Assembly (NCBI RefSeq): GCF_018977255.1
Contig: NW_024704742.1
Coordinates: 116,624,001-116,688,000 of the forward strand
Source: Callorhinchus milii
Taxonomy: Eukaryota
Length of the DNA stretch: 64,000 nt
Direction of reading: 5' to 3'
In this document: positions 11,501 through 25,105 of the stretch, piece by piece
Position numbering within the stretch: position 1 is the first letter of the stretch
Layout of the letters: each line of letters starts with the position of its first letter
Notes under the pieces: generated by a model
Database searches by the model: none
What the model was told of the DNA's origin: nothing
The model's input: only the letters and a program-made list of their open reading frames with translations
Position numbers and translations under genes: made by a program

Positions 11501-12989
11501 CCCTACCAAAGGAAGCAGGAAACAAAAATGATAAAAATAGAATTCTCTTGCTTGTCTCGTACACACTTGCACTGTTAGGGTGCAGACTTGTCTCTGCGTC
11601 AATTATTTCTTTGCAGTATCGATGGGGTTTGTGCTGATATATTTAAAGATCAGCCCTAGCAGGATTTCCTAGCTTTCCCAGTGACCAATTTATCCGGATG
11701 AAGTCTCAGTCTTTTGAATACTAAAAATCAATAACGTTGCACAGTGTCAAATCAATACGAGAAGAGAAAGCTTAAAATCATTGCCAAAGGACATAGGCCA
11801 AAACCTACTTCCATTACAATATTCTAACACTTAATTAAAGAGCAGATTCAATGCTTCAAATTATTTGGATTCACTTCCATGTCTCAGTGAGTTGAGCTGT
11901 GATCCACATAGCATATACAGAGACTCACATGATTTTGTATAATTACTGCTATGCATATACACACACATAGATAATGTACCCTCCATTCCCCCCCCCCACC
12001 CCCAAACACACACACAATTTAGTGCAATGGTCTGGAAACAAGTTGCCTCTCTCAGCATATCTGCACCTTCATTTGCTCTGGGATTTTTTTGGAATCATGT
12101 AAATAAAAATTCACATGATATCACTGCAATTCTTCCCATTGCCAAGATGTCTGTGCATGCCTCGGTCGCCCTCTCTCTCTCTCGCTCTCTCTCTCTCTTC
12201 CCCCTCCCAAAATCACTCTGCACATGCTCAGTTATCTTCCAGATATACTCAAAGGTTTTCTTTCAAAGCAGAAAGTGAAAAATGTATTTGTATATTTGAC
12301 ATATATATATATATTATAGCCTCCGATTAATACGTTTATGGTACAATTTTAAGTCAAATTTTCTAGGAACTTCATCTAAATTAAAAACAAAGTGATAAAT
12401 AATGCTAAACGACATCACTCACACATGAGAGATGGGCAGAAGCCCAATGGGAAAACAGCAGCTGTCCACATTTCCTGAGTAGATTTTAATCAGTATCTTG
12501 CTGTTCCCTTGTTTAAAAGGCTGCCTTCCGTACACAAGAGGAAGCGCTTTCCAGGTACCACCACAGAGCTAACGGTGTAGAGGGAAGGGGGAGGGGAGGT
12601 GGGGGAAGAAGAGTTGAAATTCTGAAACTGGATTTAACAACTATTAAATTCCATCTCTCAGTTTACGAGGATCAGATTGTGAGATTTGCAAAACGACAGA
12701 TTATGATTCGCAAACCCCACAAAGCCAAATAAAAGCCTGGTGAACGAGCAAACAACTCACTGTTTGCCAACAATATTTTCACCACCAGAGTGAATTCAGT
12801 GCACATGTTGGAAACCAGAATTGAACACAACAAATGAATTTTATAAATTTAAATTGATTCAAAAGACTAACGCTCCTCAATTAAAATGAAGCCAATTTAT
12901 TTGACTTTTATTGAAGTTTGGAAATCTGAAATGAAGCTCATCCTGGCAGATTTGATCTTCCCATTCGTCCTCAGCCAATAGACATTTAT

Positions 12990-14410
12990 CCCTCTGGTGG
13001 ATTCCATCTGCAGACACAGGGTCAACATCCAAATTTGTGCAGATGACACCCAAATCTACTTCTCCTTCAGCTGTGACTGCAGATCCACTGATGTTCTGCC
13101 GCTTGCTTGTTAGACTGAGTGCAAACTTCCAGCAGTTGAATGTTGACAAGAAAGAAGCCATGCTCCTTGGCTCCCATCAACATCTTCTCACCTGCAGCTC
13201 TGACCTCGTCACCCGCCCCAGCCTGTCCCCAAGACTTACCGTACCCGTGCGTAACTTAAGCTTCAGGTTCAATCCCCAGATGTCCTTCCTATACCACACC
13301 CAGTCCCTGACCAGGAACACTTTGCTCCATCCCCCTCATATCGCTCACCTCTGACCGTACCTAACACTCAACACAGCCAAAACCATGTTCCATGCTTTCG
13401 TCACTTCCCTTCTCGACTATATTGATGCCTTTTTCACTGATCTCCCCAGCTTCACTATCCACAAAATCCAACCAATTCAAAAACTCCACTGTCCGTATAC
13501 TCAGCCGCACTAAACTCTGTACCTCCTTCACACCAATCCTAGCCAGGCTCCTTCTGTGACTCCCTAGAACGGATCAACTTCAAGATTTTCCCACTTGTCC
13601 ACAAATCCCTTCATGCCAAGGCATCTCCATAACTCTCTGACCTGCTTATTCTCCACTCTACTATCTGCCACCTACGTTTGACTAACTCTTGCCTCAACAA
13701 CAACAAAATTACATTTATAGAGTGCCTTTCACGTCGGGAGGACATCCCAAAGTGCTGAACAGTCAGGTGTCGGGGCCTGAGCATGGGGGCGGGATGATGT
13801 AAGGGTGAGGGAAGGCAGAGAGGTGGGAGGGCAACCGAAGGCCTGATCAAAGAGAAGGGTCTTGAGACCGGCCTTGAAGGACTTAAGGGAGGAAGCGAGG
13901 CGAAGAGACCCTGGGATGCAGTTCCAGAGTGTAGGGGCAGAGAGGCTGAAAGCCCGGCCACCGATGGTAGGGTGGGTCGGGCGGGAGACATGGAGTAGAT
14001 CGGAGCCCGCTGAACGGAGGGAGCGGGCAGGTTGCTAGGGAGTCAGCAGGTCAGAGAGGTAGAGGTGGGCAAGGCCATGGCTGGCCTTGAAAGTAAGGAC
14101 GAGGATCTTGAATTTGATTCTCTGGGGGATGGGGAGCCAGTGGAGTCGGGCGAGGGTGAGGGTGCAGATGATGGGATCGCGGAGCCTGGTGTGTGAGAGT
14201 ACACAAGCCGCCTCCTGCTTGTCCCTCGTCCCTTCCATCAATGGCCACGTTTTCAATCACTACACTCCGAAGCTTTGGATCTCTCTTCCTCATTCCCTCT
14301 GCTATGCCCCCTGCTTCCCCATTATCAGATCACATTTGAAGACGTTCCTCTTTGACTGTATGTACGGTCACCTCCCCCTGGCTCACATCAGACTATGCTA
14401 CTGTTAAGGA
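12990..14410 (+). mobile_element. Old degenerate L2 interrupted by a younger antisense L2
   Basis: ADDTQIY-like RT remnant at ~13040 and LSANFQQLNVDKKEAMLLGS; the element resumes after ~14200. Confidence 0.75.
13696..14190 (-). mobile_element. L2 LINE 3' end (younger, nested)
   Basis: [24 protein letters not shown] translation; (CAA)n tail on the + strand at 13696. Confidence 0.92.
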
Positions 14411-14736
14411 CTCCAAGAAGCTACAGAGACAGAAGCAAAGGTTCACACAAGACAACACAACATGGATTGAGAAAAGATCATCTTTTCCTTCCACTTGATA
14501 GTTATACTTCCTCTGAAACAAATAAGCTCCAGGTGAATGGAGACAGAGGCTGGTTTTGAAATATTTTGTGATGCCACAAGACCATTTATGGTTACAGATT
14601 GGTTCTGAGGCTGGCTTTGAGGAGCTTCCCATTGAGGACCAGTCAATGCACTTACTACGACAACACAGTCAGAGCTGGGCCTGATATACCCAATCCCAGC
14701 TCTTTCATCCCATCAGCCATCTCACCACAAATATAG

Positions 14737-15045
14737 ATAATAATACTTGCATTTGATATAACACCTTATTGTGTCTTCACGATATCTCAAAACACTTCAC
14801 AGAATATACTGTAAAGTGTAGTGACTATATTCTGTGGGCAAAACGCGGCAGCCAATTGCACACAACAGTGTCCTACAAACAGTCGTGGATTGATTGACCA
14901 AATGATTATTTTTTATAAAATTTATTTTGAAGGAGTTATTACCCCCGGAGACGGGCCTGTTTACTAACTGCTAGGTAAATAGAGGTGTGTGGAGTCAGAC
15001 AACTGCCGGGAATCAAATTCAGCTCCTCTCGTTTACAAGTTAGCT
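14737..15045 (-). mobile_element. tRNA(Ala) SINE, long (older) subfamily
   Basis: SINE tail and Deu-like segment plus the internal CTCTATTTACCTAGCAGT segment. Confidence 0.8.
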
Positions 15046-15786
15046 AACATTTTGGACTGTGCTTATAATGGAATTCCCCACCAGATAAGATCAGAACAAA
15101 AAACTGTCTATAGTGCAAGCCAACAGTACAGATCTCGCATGTACTACCCTAATTAACAGCTGGCATTGGCAAGTTTGTAGGTAGAGAGATTTTTAAAAAA
15201 AAAATAATATAGAAATATTTTCTGTTCAATGCACTTCCTTTTCCCCGCTCAGCATTCTCTCTGAAAAATATGACTTGCCAACCACACACCCCAAGCCAGC
15301 CACACACCGCACTAACCAGCTAATCGCCATTTAATATAGAGGTTGTGCCTGACCCTACCCCACACCCCATTTCCAACAACAGCGATCAGGAGAGGATCAT
15401 TTTGCTCCTGTGGAGCAGTCATCATAATAAAATTACAATTTGTCAAACCAAGTACAGTGAGCAGCATGACAACATTTCCTCCAATCACGAGTAAATGGTC
15501 CTGGAAGATCACTCTTAAAGGGCCATTACACCAGGTGAGAATGCCTCTTTAAGAGTGCATTTCGAAACACAGCACTTTGTAAACAGTAGGAACTGTTCCT
15601 TATGGATGACTCTGAAAATTTAGGAATAAAAAGGTGTGGAGAGAAAACATCCTTTTAAAAAGGCAAATTCCAATCTGAAGGGTCACAGCAAGTGAAAACA
15701 AAACAGCTTTCTCCCCAATTTCATATAAATTGAGGAGAAAGACCTTTTAACTCCAATTTCTTCTGTTCTCCCGTCATCACGTTACT

Positions 15787-15942
15787 TGTGTGAGTGTGTG
15801 CATGAATGTGTGTGTGTCTGTATATATAATATATAGGCGTAGTGCCTGTATATGTCTATACATAAATACAAACATACAGACACACAAAATATAATATACA
15901 TATAAATAATATACATTTATAAAATGTGTGCATGTGTGCATG
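15787..15942. repeat. Compound (TG)/(TA)/(CA) low-complexity tract
   Basis: Alternating purine-pyrimidine sequence seen directly. Confidence 0.8.
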
Positions 15943-17268
15943 CCTGATTTGCTGGTGTAAACAAGTCCAACACTAATACCTTTCACACAGTACAACTGTC
16001 ACACTGAATATACATCAGTTGTCCAAGCTATACCGATGATCCATTCTGGATTGGTTGAGGGATCTCGGAGCTGAGCAGACGGAACGAGGCCTGCGGCAGG
16101 AATGCAGTTCACGAGCATTCAGACGGAAAAGCCCTGTGCGCATTTGCACGGGCAATCCTCTGCGAGAGGCTGCAGAAAACAAGACCGATCCCAATGCCTG
16201 CGCAGGAGTGACAGCAGGGCTGGAGCAGGCACTACAGGGAATGAAAGCCGTCCACATTAAACTGCCTGCGTGCAGTGTGTCCGCCTCATCCGAGAGAGCT
16301 CTAGATCGATGCGCACCACCGTTTAGCCTCACAGGGTGAAAAGCCGTCAGCCCCATCAGCACTGAGAAATGCTGCTGATTCAATTAAACCTCGACAGTGG
16401 ATGGCTTCAAAGGATCTGGAGACAGTCACATGGTACTGGAACAGAAGGAATTCCATTCCTTGTCAGTCAGAGCAGAGATGCCTTTGCAACCAGTCATATA
16501 CATGGACCTAAACTGGAGTAATATACCATATCCTTACCTTAAACAAAAGATGCTTTTATTGGCCCGTTCACTCCTTGCAGCAAATTTGTTCACGCAGGTC
16601 TACTTTCTACTCCCTTCAACAGATTGTATTTCCCCTGTACATCAAAATATAAAGCGACAGTTTTAAAATTATAAATCGAATTATACTTTTAAAACCGTAT
16701 TACGTTTCCAAAAAAGCACAGGAGACAGCCTTATGAAACTTGCCTACATCTGCCCTTTGGAACAGAATAACCCAGCAAAAGTAAGAGCATGTATCTTCTG
16801 TAAAGCCCTCAAAAACATAAGAAATATAACACCATAAAATATGAGAGAAGGAAATTTTCCAGAGCAGCACTGCATAAGAGGAGACAGTAGTTGATATAGG
16901 ATAGTTGTGTGAATTCCATATTAAATACTGCAGTATCTTATAGAAGATCATATTTAGTCATTATTATCACCCTCTACAAAGCTAAACAGCAAGAATGCAA
17001 CTGGATAAAATGACTAAAATATGAAAATATTTTAAAATATTAAATAAAATAAGATTAGTTACCAGCTGGGCCAACAGAAAAGTGCAGGTGTACTTTTTCC
17101 GCATTTTCTGCTACAAACCCGCTGAGTCACACACTACTGCAACACATTCTTGGTAAGTGCTGTACTATTCAAATATTTAGTATTTTAAACATAACTACAT
17201 TTTCAGGAAATATATACCTAGAGTTTTAATCAGTGTTGCTTCACGTTTTAAGGTTGTACAATACAAAA

Positions 17269-17509
17269 ATGTGCAAAAAAGTTTTTGTAAAGCCCTTGAG
17301 GAAGCCAAGAAGCAACACGTCTCATTTTCTGTCTGTCCCTCAGATAGAATTGTACTCTATCCAGATGATCTTTACGAAGAAGGGGGGGGGCAATTGTTTT
17401 GCTGCGTTTACTGTCACACAATTGACCATGTTCGCAAGTTCACCATTGATGAGCACATGAAATCACGGAAATATTGTGAACGCAAGGCAGTGACAATAAA
17501 AAAAGGAAG
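17269..17509 (+). pseudogene. Frameshifted CGGBP1-like zf-BED fragment (hAT transposase-type relic)
   Basis: PSDRIVLYPDDLYEEGGGQLFCCVYCHTIDHVRKFTIDEHMKSRKYCERK aligns by eye with recalled CGGBP1 PLDRVTEFGGELHEDGGKLFCTSCNVVLNHVRKSAISDHLKSKTHTKRK. The ATG at 17269 is in a different frame (MCKKVFVKPLRKPRSNTSHF), and the last Zn-ligand His is Tyr. Confidence 0.75.
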
Positions 17510-17867
17510 GTAAAATACTTTTGATATATATATAATTAAATGAAAACGCATCATTAATTGCTTTTAACCTTAATTTTGAAAAAAAATCTTAATTTGTATG
17601 ATTACAAAATGAATCTCCCTCCTTTCGGATTGAATTTTAAAAGCACATAAGACAACCACACAAAGAAAAAACAAATAGACAGAACATTTCTAACAACAAA
17701 TGCCTCATGAAGATCAATTTTTAATGTTTTCCCTTCTAGGTGGATCAGGACCTCAAAGACAATTTGCTTCTCTAGAGCCACTGCATCATCTATGGAGATG
17801 AAAGAATTCATATTGGACTTTGTCCGGTGTTTGACTAGAGCAGACATACTACTTGAGATCTACAGAA

Positions 17868-18338
17868 GTTCTGTAGCTTAGTTAGAGCACTCGTCTCGCA
17901 AGAAAGACCTGAGTTTGATTCCCAGCAGGGCGAAACCTGTTTCCTTGTTCCACATGCCCGATAATAATAATAATAATCCTTGCATTTGATATAGCGCTTT
18001 TCACGTCGGGAGGACGTCCCAAAGCGCTTCACAGAACACACTGTAAAGTGAATTGACTGTATATTTGTGGGCGAACGCAGCAGCCAATTGCGCACAGCAA
18101 TGTCCCACAAACAGTCGTGGATTGAAAATGACCAATTTATCGCTTAAGAAAAACAATAATAATTTGGTCACTCAATCTACAATTGTTTGTGGGACACTGC
18201 TGTGTGCAATTGGCTGCCGAGTTTCGCCCACAAAATATACAGTCAATTCAGTTTACAGTATTTTCTGTGAAGCGCTTTGAGACGTCTAGAAGATGTGAAA
18301 AGCGCAATATCAAATGCAAAGCTTATTATTATTATTAT
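17868..18338 (+). mobile_element. tRNA(Ala) SINE containing an antisense SINE 3' half (~17961-18139)
   Basis: Head at 17868-17960, inverted younger tail, then the host 3' half at 18160-18338. Confidence 0.85.
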
Positions 18339-21300
18339 AAAGGCTCCTGCCTTCCATGAGTTTCTACGCAAGAGGGAGAGACTATTCCAACAATATCACA
18401 GCTTTGTAATACATACTTGAAGGAGCTTATTCCTGACCATGAAGCATTTTTGTAGAAACATGTTGAGTACACGGATGTAGGTTAGCAGCAAAATGAGTCT
18501 CTCAGTAGCACCAATTAGCCCTCCGCAAAATTTAAAGACCTTCTTCACGATGCTCCACAGGATTTGTAAAGCACTCCACCCCGCACTTTTCTATTGGCCC
18601 AGGTTATCAGGAATGAGCCAGTCTAAATCTGCTGCAGAAACACAAACAGCAAAGCTTCCCTGCAATCTACTGCAAGCTGCTTAATGTCTTCTCTCTGTAA
18701 ATTATCATTGGGGATAGAACAGGGGTAATCTCCTACAGCAGTTTCTCCTATACCAGCCCTGCCTGAGTTATAGGAGGACAATCCTTAAAGGGGAAATAAC
18801 ACCCCGACTTACAGGAGACAGGTGGATTTTGTTCAAAGTACTCACGCTAGAAAGAGCTAAATAGCAATGGTTATAATATTCTTTCCTAATAGCTTTAAAC
18901 ATCACACCTGGAACAGTCTTCTCCCAACACTAAGCTGTTGTGACATCTGGTACAGGGAGGAGCTGGGTGTAACTTGGAGCGTTTCCATGGAGTTTATTGA
19001 GGCCTCCAGCCCCCCAGGGTGGCCCCGAGAGAGACAACCCCAATCCCCCATCCTGCCCAAGAGAAGCCACCGAGTGTTGACTTAATTATGTCATTCCAGA
19101 TGGATGGACGGCACAAAGCCATTGGAATCGTTAGTCTAGTTCCCGAGCCCGGCAAGTCCAGGGTACTCCAGCACACCGATCATGATGGTCAGTCAGCCTG
19201 ACTCATCAACAGGACTTGGATGGGCAAACCAGTCACTGAGAGCACAGTTAACACTGAACACAAAGTCCTAACAGATAGGCCGGTCCTAGCTGGACAAGCA
19301 GCACAAAGCTTGCCAGACAGTCCTCTCAATGGCAAGCATTGTGCTTTCGTCGATTATGCTCCAGCAGCAGATCAACGTACACTTTTGGGTCCCAAGTCTA
19401 GGCTTTTGCCAACCTGCGACGAATATTCTCTGGAATTAGGTAAGTATATTCTCTGGAATTAGGTAAGCATCCCTCCAGGGAGAGAGTGTGCATTCCATTC
19501 CAGTTCAAGAGAAATTTCCATGTGTAGGTGGCATGCATGCAACTCACTGTCTGGTTGGGATACCCTTAAGCATGTTGATGAGTTCCTGCATGTGTCAGAC
19601 ACCCGGCTGCACTAAAAACAAACCTTTGGCCACTCTAGGTCCATCAGGTGAAATAGCTCACCCCCTTTTCACCATCAGAGTCAAACAACTTACATTCATA
19701 TAGAGCCCCTCACACAGGGTAACATCCCAGAATGCTCAATAGCACAGAATATCAGTAACAAAACTATTTTTTAAATAGTTGAAATTATTCACAATTCTCA
19801 AATAGACTTTTGGATGCCAAATTCTTTATAAACACAAATATTTTAAATCTTTATTAATACTTTGTGGAGATAAGCACTTATAAATATTAAAACACAAAAT
19901 GATCATTTCATCTAACAAATTCTAAGGCAAATGAAACGCAGATGGATAGGGGATTTGCTGCCCACAAATACTGAATGGTGCCCAGACTGATATTTAGAGC
20001 CTTATTGCAGTCAACGTAAATCTACACTTAATATTCAACACAAGAAAAATAACCTAAGCCTGTTTAGTGAACAATCTTAAGCCTGTTTAGTGAAGGCAAT
20101 TAGGATAGAGAGTGTGATACTGCTTGTAATGAGAGTACGACATCAATGCACTAAACACAGGAGCGAAAATAAGCTTTGTTCATCTCAAATACATTCCACC
20201 CGGCAGGCATTTCAGCCTTCCACAGAAATCACATTCCACAGATTTAAACAGGAAATTTGATGGGAAACACATGAAAGTGAAAAAAAAACACAACAGCCTT
20301 CACAAATACTTTTAATAAAAGCGGCCTGGCCAGTCAGCAAGCAGAAGAGTTGGAAGCAGATTTTAAAAGCTTCAGTGGTGCAACAAGAGAGAGAGAAAGA
20401 AAAGAACATTAGCATAGCAGCTTCAGATAGTAATATCCTGAGCTTCAATTTTGCTCAGGTTCAGAAGGGTTCAGGGTAGTTCCACAGAATAATTCATTAG
20501 AGATGGGGGGGGGGTGTGAGAGAGAAGGGCAAGTAGCCGAAATGAAGAGTCTAAATGCAGGATTTCTAATGAGAATCTTTATTAAGGAATCTCATTAAAA
20601 ATTCCCACTGACTCACGGAATCCCCCCCCCCCCCCACCCCAGAAGTTGACTGTAGCAGAGCGGCGTTCCCACAGGTTCTTCCAGTTAGGGGAACTGAAGC
20701 TGCAATGCTCATGTGTTTTTTCTTTCCCTCTCCTGGTCAGAGGTGGCTTCGTTGGTAGCACACTCACCTTGGAGTCAGAAGGTTGTGGGTTCAAGCCCCA
20801 AGTTAGAACTTTGAACATTGACAATTCATATCCCTATTTATGCAACATGAACCCTTAAGTAAAGAGAGAGAGAAGGGGATGATTTCCTGCGATTTAGACC
20901 CCATAGTGTTTATCTGACTCAAGGTTGCACCACTGTTAGGCCTATCCTTAGGGAAACAGCCTTTTCTTCCTGCTTTTGCCTCTTCCCCTCTTAAAACTAT
21001 TTGGCCGTTCAAGACTGAGCCCAGACTCCCTGAAGACATGGCTACCCGGGGCAGAAAGAAGCATGGAGCAAGCAAGGAAAGAAATATTTAGCGGATCAGG
21101 CTCACTGTCATAGCCACACAAAATCAACCCTGTGATGGAATTCTCCACGTCCACTCTCAACTCTTTTGGAAACGTATTGTAGAAAAAGATTCCTAAAACC
21201 TAAATTTTACGAAGCAAATGCTCCACATTAATTGTCCTGCTGTTACAGAATTTTTCAAGGCTGAAGAGCTCTAGCTTGTCTAATCATTGCTCATAGCTCA

Positions 21301-22024
21301 CAGGGATCATCTTTGTTGCTCTGCACTGCCTCCAAGGCCTGGGCAGACCCTTAGGTCGAGGCGACCACAACCATACAGAGTTCTCCATGTGCGGCCTGAC
21401 CAGAGCGTGATCCAGCTTCAGTACAGCGGTGGACATTTCAATCCCAGCCAAATTCTGGATGTTCTGAAATGCTAAGAGAACAGAGTAAAACTAGAATTTC
21501 TTCCTCCCCCTACCTTCCCCACCCCTTGCAGCAAGTTCTTTCTTTCCACAGCCTGTGTGGAGCAGCTCTCAATGACCCAGTGACCACCAACATCTGTTTT
21601 AGTGCTAAAGTCACCCATCGGTCTGGGTCAACAACAGCTCGACTGCAATTGACCCCATCTCCTCCTTCCCCCACATCAACTCCCAGCATCAAAGTAAAAA
21701 TCAGCCAGGGTTTCTGTTCTGCTATCCCTGCTGAAATATAACCATATGTTGGGATTGGACTCGGCCTCTCTGGCTCTCGTGGTCAGATACCTTCCAGATA
21801 AACAGTCATTCACCTGAAGACTATTTGTGGGACTTTGCTGTGCGCAAAATGGCTCCAAAATTAGTCAACAGAACAACTACTACACTTATATAATAATAAT
21901 AATAATAACACTTGAACAGCAATTACTGGAAAGCCTGTCAAGATGTTTGGAATGTGATGTGATGCTGTGAAAAGCTTTTGTTACAGGGTACAGGGTTTAC
22001 AGATTAAGATAATTACATGCATAC

Positions 22025-22660
22025 AAGAACAACGAGATTACATTTGTATAGCGCCTTTCACGTCGGGACGACATCCCAAGGCACTGGACAGTGTACAGCA
22101 TTTCAGACCCGAGCTGGGGTCGGGGGGTGGGGAGAAGGGAGGGGAGGGGAAGGGGGGCGGCCGATGGCATGGTCGAAGAGGAGGGTTTTGAGGCAAGACT
22201 TGAAGGAGGCTAAGGAGGGGGCGAGGCGGAGTGATTGGGGGATGGAATTCCAGAGGTTAGGGGCAGAGCGGCTGAAGGCTCTTCCGCCAATGATTGGGCG
22301 GGTGGGTCAGGGGACGTTGAGCCGGCCAGAGCCAGTTGGTAGGGGTTTAGGAGATCACAGAGGTAGGGTGGGACAAGGCCATGGAGGGCTTTGTAGGTGA
22401 GGATCAGGATCTTGAACTGGATCCTCTGAAGGGTAGGGAGCCAATGGAGTCGGGCAAGAATGGGGGAGATGGGGTCACGGAGTTTGGTGCGGGAGAGGAC
22501 ACGGGCTGCAGAGTTCTGGATTATCTGCAGCCTGTGGAGGGAGGAGTTGGGAAGGCCGACAAGCAGGGCGTTTGCTTAGTCGAGCCTGGAAGTGATGAAG
22601 GCAAGAGTTTCAGCAGCCTGAGGGGTGAGGTAATGGCGGAGTCGGGTGATGTTACGGATG
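22025..22660 (-). mobile_element. L2 LINE 3' portion
   Basis: Similar to the reverse complement of 9960-10635, with the L2 tail. Confidence 0.88.
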
Positions 22661-25105
22661 TTACAATTACCAGAGCTCAGAAAACGCCTGACCTAGCAGG
22701 CTCCAAAACTTTAGTAACTCCATCCATCCTTCTCTGCACATATTTCTCCTTGACTCAAAAACTTCTGTTCACATCAGCCCAAACCAGAGACTCGTCTCCA
22801 AGCTTCACACACACACACTCCCCGCTTCCCTTCGGGTACTCTGAAAGTACAGCAATCACACATTGAGTGGGGGCCTGGAATAAACGCTTTGTGATAGTAG
22901 GTCTACAGTAACTCCTCTGGCAACGAGGCAGGAGACGTGGAAAAAAAANCCCACGACATCTGTCTAAACTGCTCAGTTCAGCGTTCTCGTGCCACCCTTA
23001 CCTCTGGGCTTGTGCTTGACCTGAAGGCTGGGAGGGCCCTCAATCCACGCTGCACTAAATCAATTTAAAACAATTTTGCAAATGGTTTTCTGGAATTTGG
23101 CTTTCAATCCTGTAAAAATTCCACCAGATTACATAGGATCTCTGGAATCTCTTCAGCCAGTCTATCACATCTTGACAGATCTTTTAGTCTTAACGCTTCA
23201 CCATTTTGCCATACCTTTAACAATCTACTAACCAACTATCTCTCTTTTAAACAGCACTGTTGATTTCACCTCCACAGCATTCTGAGGCACGGTATTCCAT
23301 ATCTTCACAACCTTATGTGTGAAGAAATATTTCCTGATCTATTACAGGCCATGTGCGAATAAATACGTTCCCATCCTAATACAACAGTATGTACAGAGGT
23401 TGACTGATGCAGATAGTTGCTTGCTAGGTATAGTCATGTCAATTGGTACTGTTTCCTACATGTACAATCTCACTATGTGTTCTGAAACAGTTATTGCCTT
23501 GTTCCTCAGCCTGTGTGCACAATTTAATTACTCAAGGAGTCTTAAGAAGCTTATATAAGTTGTTCAGAATACGTAACCCAAGGAAACAGTTGCATAAGAT
23601 GAGCAAAGAAAAATGATAGTAGCCAATCTGAGAGCGTCAATCGACGATGGTATGTGCTTGTGTCATTTTTAGTCCAATCTGGGGGTCTATTATGGGTCGC
23701 GTGTAAACCATGTGAAAACTCTGCAAATCCAGGTGTATAATGCATCATGTGTACCGAGGGAGTTATGAGTGCCCTCACTTATGTAACTAACTGCATACCA
23801 ACTAAAAGGATTATTTGTTGACTAGATAATTAAACTTTACAGTGTTTAACTAGTCTGGTTTAGCCAGTGAGCTAAATACCCCAGAGTGGCCCTTGCCAAC
23901 TTGCATTGAATATTCTCTAGAATTAGGTAAACAGGGTTCGTTCCTCCAGGGAGAGAGTGGACACACCATTCCAGTCAAATTCCATGCATAGGTTTCATAC
24001 GTATGTAGAACTCTCAGTCTGGGTTTGGATACTCAACCATGGTGACGGGTTTCTATGTATGTCAGACAACCAGCTCACCAAAAAAAAATCACATCTTTTC
24101 TTTAGTATTTTTCCATTTGGAAATGATTTTAATTTCAGCATACACTTTCAGTAAGTAATTTTTCTTCCTCGGCCATCCTCTGGCATTATTGTGCCATTCC
24201 CCCTGAGAGTACAGTTCTCTGTTCAAAATAATGAGGTGCTCAGATAAGGTAACTGTAAAGAGAAACTTTCTCCACTGGTAAACGAGTCAGTAACCAGAGG
24301 GCACAAATTAGAGAGAAAGAAATAAAAAAGAGTAATTACGAAAAATGTTGTTAAAGTGCACACATCAATAGAACACTGAGTATCCTACCACAACTGTGAT
24401 TGAAACCAGAATCCATAATGCTGCAACTTTTTAGATGGGAACTAGACAAATCTTTGAAACAGAAAATTATAAACCTGTGTGGAACGGGACAGGAGAGCAG
24501 AACTTCTTTATCAGTGGTTTCTTTATCCACTCGGGAATTTCAAATGCCCAAGTGGATAAAGAAATCACAGCAACATGAAAACCCAATGGCCAAGTTCAAG
24601 CTGCTCATCCACAAGTCACATACACGAGAGAGAAGGGAATAGAGGGATAAAGGAGAGGGGATCCTTGGAGCTGAACTTGCGCCAGAACAGACAGAAGAGC
24701 AAGGACACCACAAAGCAGATGTTTGATAAGAGTTGTATCTGAGGTTGGTGTTTGAATGCCTGTCACACCAGATAATGGCAAGCACTTGCTAATTCTGGTT
24801 CCCACGGCAATGAAGCCAGTCAATGTGCAGACTCAATGAGCCAGTTGGGTGCAACTCTAATAATAAAAAAAACTTGCATTTGGTATAGAAGGCTTCACAG
24901 CAGGAAAGCATCACAAAGCACTCCACGGGTAGAGTGACTGTATTTGTAGGTGAACACAGCAGCTCAATTGCATACAGCAATGTCCCCAAAACAGCCATGA
25001 AATGATGCTATTTAGAGGATTGTTGGCCACGACACCAGGAAGAACTCCCTTCTTCTTTCGAGTAGTGCCATGGAATCTTTAACATCCACCTGAACAGGCA
25101 GACAG

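Noticed and set aside
12500..12800. Alternative 5' UTR exon near a G-rich patch with a GTGAGT donor
   Set aside because: Isolated splice-like hexamers are common and there is no further support.
22941..22952. Ambiguous base N after an A-run
   Set aside because: Assembly uncertainty, not biology; it means continuity at this point is unverified.
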